From Octopus vulgaris (taxonomy: Eukaryota), in contig OX597822.1 of assembly GCA_951406725.2 (NCBI GenBank), positions 39,494,001-39,558,000 of the forward strand: a stretch of 64,000 bases of DNA. Reading direction: 5' to 3'. Positions 54,709-64,000 of this stretch are shown piece by piece (within the stretch, counting starts at the first letter, position 1; every line of letters starts with the position of its first letter). The position numbers and the translations under genes are program-made. A model generated the notes under the pieces. The model made no database searches. It worked only from the letters and a program-made list of their open reading frames with translations, and had not been told where the DNA came from.

Positions 54709-55082
54709 AACAAGAGCACTCAGAGAGCGCAAACCTCTGCCAAGGCAACACCAACGCACTCCCAATGATTAGTCGGAGATGATTTTAAAATGAGAATATC
54801 TGAAATAAACTCGACTGCCTTCACAAACAGCAATACTTAAAATGAACCCGAACGCTCTCAAAAATTAAGTTTTACAAAACCGGAAAAATTTCCGGAGTCC
54901 TTGTCCGGTACCAAATCGATCCCAAAATCTAATCAGTTCATGCCAGTCGTGAGGTCAAACATCACTGAACGTTTCATCCGAATCCATCAAGTGGTTCTTG
55001 AGATATCTTATCCACGGACCAACAAACAAACAAACAAACGCGATTGAAAACAATACCTCCGCCTTCGCTAAGGCAGAGGTAA
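54709..55082 (-). mobile_element. DINE-1/Helentron-associated non-autonomous element
   Basis: Terminal hairpin ACCTCTGCCTTAGCGAAGGCGGAGGT, (GTTT)n, a subterminal inverted copy GGCAGAGGT, and a small hairpin at the other end. Confidence 0.65.
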
Positions 55083-55149
55083 TATAAATACTGCTCTCAA
55101 AATACTAATACTGCTACTACTCCTAATAATACTACTACTAATAATCATG

Positions 55150-56120
55150 TCTACTATAGGCACAAGGCCTGAAATTTTGGGGGAGGAGGTTAGTCGATTA
55201 GATCGACCCCAGTGTTTCACTGGTACTTAATTTATTGACACCACGAAAGGATGAAAGGTAAAGTCGATCTCAGCGGAATTTGAACTCAGAACGTAGACAG
55301 ACGAAATATCTATTTCTTTACTGGGGCTAAACACAGAGAGGACAAAAAAGGACAGACAAACGGATTAAGTCGATTATATCGACCCCAGTGCGTAATTGGT
55401 ACTTATTTAATCGACCCCAAAAGGATGAAAGGCAAAGTCGACCTCAGCGGAATTTGAACCCAGAACGTAGCAACGTGCTAACGACTCTTCCAGCTCGACC
55501 ATTGCTATTACTTTTATTCTTTTATTAGTTTCAGTCATTTGACTGCGGCCATGCTGGAGCACCACGTCTAATCGAACAAATCGTCCCCAGGACTTATTCT
55601 TTGTACTTATTCTATCGATTTCTTTTGCTGAACCGCTAAGTTACGGGGACGTAAACTCACCAACATCGATTGTCAAGCGATGTTGGGGGGACAAACACAG
55701 ACACAAACAACAAACATATGCATATATATATATACACGACGGGCTTCTTTCAGTTTCCGTCTATCAAATCCACTTACAAGGATTTGGTCGGTCCGAGGCT
55801 ATAGTAGAAAACACTTGCCGAAGCTGTCACGCAATGGGATTGAACTCGGAACTATGTGGCTGGGAAGCAAGCCACCCCTGTGCCTATTAATAGTACTATT
55901 AATAACATTTTCTATTCTAGGCACAAGGCCTGAAATTTTGGGCGAGGGGGCCGGTCGATTAGATCGACACCAGTACGCAACTGGTACTTAATTTATCGAC
56001 TCTGAAACGATGAAATGCCAAGTCGATCTCGGCGGAATTTGAACTCAGAACGTAGCGATGTGCGAAATACCGCTAAGTATTTCGTCCAGCGCTTCTAACG
56101 ACTCTGCCAGCTCGCCGCCT
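55150..56120 (-). mobile_element. Cluster of SINEs (family A dimer, family B, family A)
   Basis: Homology to the families above. Confidence 0.75.
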
Positions 56121-56176
<56 letters not shown>

Positions 56177-56228
56177 TTACTACTACCTCTACTACTACTA
56201 CTACCACCACCACCACCACCACCACCAT

Positions 56229-56311
<83 letters not shown>

Positions 56312-56401
56312 TAACCACCACCACCACCACCACCACTACTACTACTACTGCTGCTGCTGATGATGATGAGGATGATGATGATGATGATGATGATAATAAT
56401 G

Positions 56402-56444
<43 letters not shown>

Positions 56445-58181
56445 TAATAATAATAATAATAATAATAAAAATACGTAAAGAATAATAATAATAATTTAGG
56501 AAAACAGAAAACAGGTAAATGACTGTATTCAGTATAAAAATAAACAGAACACTGTTTCCGGTGGTGTTAGCGTCATCAGGAACAACATCGTTAGTCATAC
56601 TACATCCGTAGACCCAATATTTATTGTAAACAATACATTTACACTGTAACATTATGTAAGTACCCGTATAAAATATTTCTTAAAAATAAACCTTTAAAAA
56701 AATAAGTGATGCACAGATACGTAGGCGTGGTTGTGTGGTAAGTAGCTTGTTTATCAATCACATAGTTCCGAGTAAAGGCGCATGGCTCGGTGGTTAGAGC
56801 GTCGAGCCTACGATCGTGAGGTTGGGAGTTCGATTCCCCGACCGGGCTGCGTGCTGTTGTTCTTGAGCAAGACACTTTATTTCACGTTGCTCCAGTTAAC
56901 TCAAGCTGGGATCTTTTCATTTTGAAGGCCAGATTTTCCTAGTTAACTAAACAATTTGAAACTTCGTATACTGGTAGAATGTGTCAAAAGAAAACATTAT
57001 TGTAAACAAAATTGAAAACAAAATTGTAATTCGTAACTTAAACGTAGTTTAATTCTGTGTGTGTCTGTGTGTGTGTGTGCTTCCATAACTGTATGTGTAT
57101 TGAAAAGTTGAAAGTGCATGGGTTAATGATTAGAATGTCGGGCTCACAATCATGAGGTGCTGAGTTTGATTCCCGGACCGAGCTGTGTGCTGTGTTCTTG
57201 AGCAAGACACTTTATTTCCCGTTGCTTCAGTTCATTCAGCCTTTAAAATAACTTGTCTTGTGAAGTCACTGGTCCCAGGCTGTATCATCCTTTGCCTTTG
57301 CCTTTCCCTTGGATAACATTAATGGCGTAGAGAGGGGAAGCTGGTATGCATGGGAGTCTACTTGTCTTCCACAAACAACCTTGCCTGGACTTGTGCCGTG
57401 GTGGGTAACTTTCTAGATGAAATCCTATGGTCATTCATGACCGAAAGGAGTATTTCCTCTTGTTTTTGAAAAGTTGGTATTTTGATTAAGGATAGCAGAA
57501 CAGTTTTAACTGTTGCTTTAAACTCCATATAAATTCATAAACACAACTTCCAATCTGTTTTCAAACATAGTTTACCTTTAGAATTTTCGTTTGGAATTAT
57601 ATACATTTGAAAAGAGGACAGTGTAGATCTGAGAGCAGAATAAGGCAGGGAATTCAGCTAAACATTTTATACCATCATGATGCTTTAATGTAAAGTTTTA
57701 CCGAGTCTCATGTTTGTATTTTCCGGTATACAAATTGAATTTTTCAGATCAAAATTTCAGCTGGAAAAGGTAGGTCGACCTATATACCAAAAGTGCTTTG
57801 GAAGATAAAAAATTACATGTGAAATACTGCAGAATTTGAAAGATATTAAATGGTATTTGAATGCTTACACCAAATATTTATTTTATTGTGTGCTGGAAGA
57901 TATGATAATCAATGTATGAACTAACAGGTCGTTTCAAATAGCCATCCGATGTTGCTGTGTCTACGTCGCTGTAACCTAGCCGTTAAGCAAAACACATCGA
58001 TAGATTAAATACTAGGCTTACAAAGAATAAATTCTGAGTCGTTTTCTTCCACTAAAAGCGGTGCTCCAGCATGGCCGTAGACACATGGACGAAACAAGCA
58101 AAACAATAAAAAACTATGCCCTGTAAATACCGAGCAACGCCAGGTATCTCTGCACACACACACACACATACACACACACAA

Positions 58182-58242
<61 letters not shown>

Positions 58243-58823
58243 TAACAAATTCACTCATAAGGCTTTTGTCGACCCGAAGTTATAGTAGAGGAGTCATGCC
58301 AAAGGTGGGATTGAATGTGGAACCATGTTGTTGATATCATCATTACTACCAGCTCCACCACCACCACCACCACCACCATCACCACCATCATCATCACCAC
58401 CATCATCATCATCATCATCATAGTCATCATCATCATCATTACCAATAATACTCCCCTCCTCCTTTCCTCTTTCTCTTCCTCTACTTCCTTGTCCCCCTCG
58501 TCATCATCATCATTATCATCAACAACAACAGCAACAACGACAACAACAATGTTACAACTAGAAATGCCACCGAGATGTCCCTTACGTAGTTGCTCGCCTG
58601 CTAGAAATAGCAATTAAATTATATTTCAGTTTATACCCAGCCCTGTCGAAAACACTAAATTTCATTCTTGAATAGAATGTCTCATAATGCAAACGGAACA
58701 GTCACGGCTGGATTGTGTTGGATTATCAGTCGAATCAGTGAAGTTCATGGAGCTAAACAACAACAAAAACAGCAACAGCACGACCACCACAAACAACAAC
58801 ATATACAACTTCTACTATTACTG

Positions 58824-58910
<87 letters not shown>

Positions 58911-58957
58911 CCTGCAACTACATCTACTTCAAAAACAACCACTACTACTACTACTAC

Positions 58958-58993
<36 letters not shown>

Positions 58994-59258
58994 ATTGACA
59001 TCTGATACGTAACACATCTACGTCATCATCATCTTTGACCTCATGATCAACGTCATTCGTCATTCCTCCTCATCAACAGCAGCAGCATCCCCACCACCAC
59101 CACCACCACCACCATCATCATCATCGTCTATCATTATATACTTCGTCAGCCATATCATGTGTGCCTCACGTCAGCATTTAATTGGAAGAGGGTTGGATTT
59201 GAACTGACCACCCACTGTGTGACAGGGTACCCCGGTACAAACGAAAGTCAACCACACA

Positions 59259-59310
<52 letters not shown>

Positions 59311-60401
59311 CACACAGACACACAGACACACACATACATCTACACGTGGGGTCTCAGTTTTATAGGTGTGGCAGTTTGAAACACTGATCTGATGTGTGTA
59401 CTTACTTATGAATGTTTGTGCGTGTGTATGTACGTAGTATTTTTTAGCTGGTATTCAGTCACTGGACTGCGGTCATGCTGGAGCACCGCTTGAAGGGTTT
59501 AATAGAAAACAAAATACCAATCCGTGTTCTTATTTTTGAAGTCTGGTATTTATTCTATCGGTACTTTTGTCGAAACGCTAGGTTAAAGGAACGTGAAACA
59601 AAAACCAACATTAACCGTCAAGTGGCAGAGACTAATACTCTCTCTCTCACACACGCATACGCACACACACACACACACACATACACACACGCTAACACAA
59701 CACACACAAACACACATATAAACACACAATGCACACACACAAGCACACACACACACACACACAAGCACACACACAAGCACACACACAAGCACACACACAC
59801 ACAACACACATACACAAACACACACACTCACACATACAAACACAGACACACACACATTCAGCATTCCACATACAATACGCACACAAAACACACACAAAGA
59901 CACAAACATACACATGCTCACTCATAGAAACACACACACACATGCTCACTCATAGAAACACACACACAAACACATAAACGCATATATAAACACACACACA
60001 CACAGACACACACACGCACACACACAACACACAAACGCACATACAAACACATAAACGCATATATAAACACACACACAGAGACTCACACACACGCACACAC
60101 ACACACATGCTAGAAACAAACAGTACAGAAGATAACCAAAAACGCATAGAAATGCCTATAGTTTATCGAACAAAAACCGTTCGTCAGAAAGAGAGAAAAG
60201 GAGAAAGAAAAGAGAGAAGACGTAAGGAAGTACAGGCAGAAGCGTGGCTGTGTGGTACTTTGTTTCCAACCATGCATACAGCGTGAAGGAAAGAACTCTC
60301 TGAGGTCTAGAACACAGAATAAAGCCCAATAATAATGATTTAAAATGTTTGTCTCAAGGGCAGCTTGCGGGAGGGGATTAAGTCGATTATATAATTATAT
60401 A

Positions 60402-61680
60402 AGGCCGCGAGCTGGCAGAAACGTTAGCGCGCCGGGCGAAGTGCTTAGCGGTATTTCGTCTGTCGTTATGTTCTGAGTTCAAATTCCGCCGAGGTCGACT
60501 TTACCTTTCATCCTTTCGGGGTCGATAAATAAAGTACCAGTTTCGCACTGGGGTCAATGTAATTGACTTACTCCCTTTGTCTGTCCTTGTTTGTCCCCTC
60601 TATGTTTAGCCCCTTGTGGGCAGTAAAGATATATATATCGACCCAGTTCGTAACTGGTACTTATTTAATCGACCCCGAAAGGATGAAAGGCAAAGTCGAC
60701 CTTGGCGGAATTTCAACTCAGAACGTAATGACAGACGAAATACCTATTTCTTTACTACCCACAAGGGACTAAACACAGAGGGGACAAACAAGGACAGACA
60801 AACGGATTAAGTCGATTACATCGGCCCCAGTGCGTAACTAGTACTTAATTTATCGACCCCGAAAGGATGAAAGGCAAAGTCGACCTCGGCGGAATTTGAA
60901 CTCAGAACGTAACGGCAGACGAAATACGACTACGCATTTCGCCCTGCGTGCTAACGTTTCTGCCTGCTCGCCGCTTTATAAACCCTAATAATAATGAGAA
61001 TTTCTCAAGGTGGCAGCTGGCAGAATCGTTAGCACACCGGACGAAATGCTATTGGGTGGGATCGATAAATTAAATACCAGTTGCGTACTGTGGTCGATCT
61101 AAACCCCTGCCCGAAAATTTCTGGCCTTGTGCCTAGAGTAGAAAAGAATAATGAGAATTTCTCATTTCAAAACTTTAACTAAAAAAACTCTCTTAATTCA
61201 AATAAACAAGTATATGCCATTAGGCCATTTGAGTTATTTCCCTTAATCTGTCTTAATTTTAATTCAGGTGAGGCAGGTGATTATCTTTTACTTGTTTCAG
61301 TCATTTGACTGCAGCCAGGCTTGGTCGCTGCTTTCAAGAATTTTAGTCGAATGGATCGACCCCAGGGTATTTTTTTAAGCCTGATAGAATAAGTACCGGT
61401 TGAGTATTGGAGTCAATGTAATTGACTATACTCCTCCTCAAAATTTCGGGTCTTGTGCCTATAGTACAAAAAATTATTATTATTATTATTATTGTTGTTG
61501 TTGTTACTAAGGCATTGACTGGCAGAATCGTCAGCACGCCGGACGAAATGCATTACGATATTTTGTCTGCCTTCACGTAATGAGTTCAAATCCCACCGAG
61601 ATTACTTTGCCTTTCATCCTTTCGGGATGTAATCGACTAGTCCCTCCCCCAAAATTCCAGGCCTTGTCCCTTCGCTAGGA
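60402..61680. mobile_element. Cluster of family A SINEs, including an adjacent inverted pair (60402-60630 +, 60637-60975 -)
   Basis: Family A blocks on both strands. Confidence 0.8.
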
Positions 61681-61683
61681 AGG

Positions 61684-61745
<62 letters not shown>

Positions 61746-61780
61746 CATTATTATTATTATTATCATTATTATTATTATTA

Positions 61781-61867
<87 letters not shown>

Positions 61868-61973
61868 GTAGTTTTATTTTTATAGCGTGCTTTCACTTCA
61901 CTACCGAGCGCAGCTCTGTGTGCCTTGGGTATGTGCTGTGATTTGTTGTGATGCTCTGATGGTTATTGTATGG

Positions 61974-62044
<71 letters not shown>

Positions 62045-62339
62045 CATCATTATTATTGAGTGAGTGAGAGAGCAGTGCATGCCATCAAAGTGACAGTGGG
62101 GTAAAATATACGGAGCCCAGTATACCCATCATGACTACCCGTCTATTTGCGATGGATGCGTGGATGTAATTTGAATGCAGGGATGGATTTTGTTATGAAG
62201 TCACAGTGGGGACACTGATGATTTTGATTTTGCCTGGGATCGGACCAACATGTCCCTTGATTGCAGGATATAATTCTGTTATTTGTTCTGTTTTTTCAAC
62301 TCAAATTATTTTCTTGCGTCGTGACACATTTTACGTCAC

Positions 62340-62755
62340 TCAAATTGATCTAGGCAATAAACCTTCCAATGTTGTTAAATTAATCTGCAAGAATTTTAAT
62401 TGATTGTTTCGGCTTATCGTTATACTGAAGGATGGGTTTTCCTTTACCGCGGAATCCCTCAAATTGTTGGCCATACAAAAGAATTCTTGGAATGCGATCA
62501 TCATGCATTCGAAAACATGTCCTGCCCATCTGCACTGAATTCTCAACTGTCTATTTTCGATACTGGAGATATCACATTTATCTAAAATTTTGACATTTGA
62601 TTTCTTATCTTGCCATTTTGTGTTGCAGATATTGGGCAGACAACACATGTGAAAGGTTTCTAGTTTCATTATATGTCTGTAGTAGGGAGTCCATACTTCC
62701 GTACCGTACAAAAAGTGTGCTCAAAATACAAGATTTGAGAGCACTCTACAACTTG
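62340..62755 (-). mobile_element. Old RTE LINE 3' fragment
   Basis: YGTEVWTPY...LETFHMCCL...KWQDKKSN...RWAGHV. Confidence 0.75.
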
Positions 62756-62759
62756 AAGT

Positions 62760-63098
62760 TGTAACAAAGGGAGAAAATGTAACGATTCTTTTGACATTTC
62801 AGTACATACAGACAGTGCACCGAAGTTAATAAATCAGATATTGTCAGTTTACTGATTGCCTTGAGAATCTCTTATGATCATAATATTTCTGCAAAAGAAT
62901 TTGACAAGCTCAGAATATAAAGATATAAACTCATTGAAATCGAAAACAATGTGGCAAGACGATTACAATAACTGTGAGCACAAGGAATCATCAAAACTGG
63001 AACTAAAAATTATTTGAAACGTGCGAAAGATTATTTTAACTGGCAAGAAATGGAAATAAAATTGTAAGAAGAAATAATAATAATAATAAAAATAATAA

Positions 63099-63129
<31 letters not shown>

Positions 63130-63590
63130 AATAATATTTATTAAAAGGATGTATTTATTAATTGACATGATTATTCCCTGTGATCACAATATAGCGGCGA
63201 AAGAATTTGACAAGATTAGTAAATATAAAGACCTGCTAATAGAAATTGAAAAAATGTGGCATCTCAAGGCGACTACAGTAACAGTGATTGTAGGATCTCT
63301 AGGAATGATAAAAAAAAAGGTACTGAAACCTATTTGAAAATGGTTCCAGGCTTACCATCCCTACAGGAAGTGCAAAAAATCGTATTAACTGGAACGGCTC
63401 ATGTACAGAGAAGAGCACTATCGCTGTGAAAATAACATCCATCCATGAATTTATTTATTTATTACTTTTTAAAAACATATTTTATCTGTGAATTTGCGCG
63501 TGTAATCTGGGAATGCATACAATGCCCTTCTCTGCCCTAGGTGTATGGAAAACACTCGGCGAGAAATGGAAGAAAATTTGAAGAAATAAT
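62760..63590 (+). mobile_element. Two R4/Dong-like LINE 3' fragments in (TAA)n
   Basis: LLIDMIIPCDHNIAAKEFDKISKYKDL...WHLK...VIVGSLGMIKK...QKIVLTGTAHV (restriction-like endonuclease domain). Confidence 0.8.
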
Positions 63591-63603
63591 AATAATAATA
63601 ATG

Positions 63604-63661
<58 letters not shown>

Positions 63662-63662
<1 letters not shown>

Positions 63663-63878
63663 CCTTTCTACTAAAGACTGAAGGTTTGAAATTTGGTGGA
63701 TGGGGACTAGTCGATTACATCAACCCCAGTGTTTCACTGGTACTTAATTGATCGATCTCGAAAGGATCAAAAGCAAAGTCGACCTCGGCCGGCGGAATTT
63801 GAAATCAGAACGCGAAGACGGACAAAATGCTGCTAAGTATTTCGCCTGGTGTGCTAACGATTCTGCCAGCTCACCAAG
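63662..63878 (-). mobile_element. SINE family A
   Basis: Homology to the other family A copies. Confidence 0.75.
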
Positions 63879-63899
63879 ACCGAAAGTTCTGAGAAGTAA

Positions 63900-63959
<60 letters not shown>

Positions 63960-64000
63960 AATTAAAAAAAAAATCTTTTTTTATTTTTATTATTATTATT

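Noticed and set aside
60165-60200. CTGACGA on the - strand in a pLTR-like context
   Set aside because: GATA instead of GAAA, and no convincing stems.

Overview
AT-rich, microsatellite-dense eukaryotic DNA. The tRNA-derived SINE repertoire suggests an octopus/coleoid cephalopod (inference). I found no host protein-coding exon, and nearly all ORF-track entries are translations of (TA)n/(CA)n/(TAA)n/(CTA)n runs. The window is a nested transposon landscape: four tRNA-SINE families, decayed mariner transposases and MITEs, RTE, CR1 and R4/Dong-type LINE fragments, two ORF1-only L1/Tx1-like elements, Helitron/Helentron derivatives, two Penelope-like (PLE) GIY-YIG fragments, and an intron-containing tRNA-Lys(TTT) pseudogene. 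The most notable signal is about a dozen minimal type I hammerhead ribozyme (HHR) motifs from several unrelated PLE-type repeat families, mostly at (TA)n tracts and often in head-to-head foldbacks. Their cores show three different Watson-Crick versions of the 3:8 pair (C3-G8, G3-C8, U3-A8). All folds and alignments were done by eye, and repeat boundaries are approximate.
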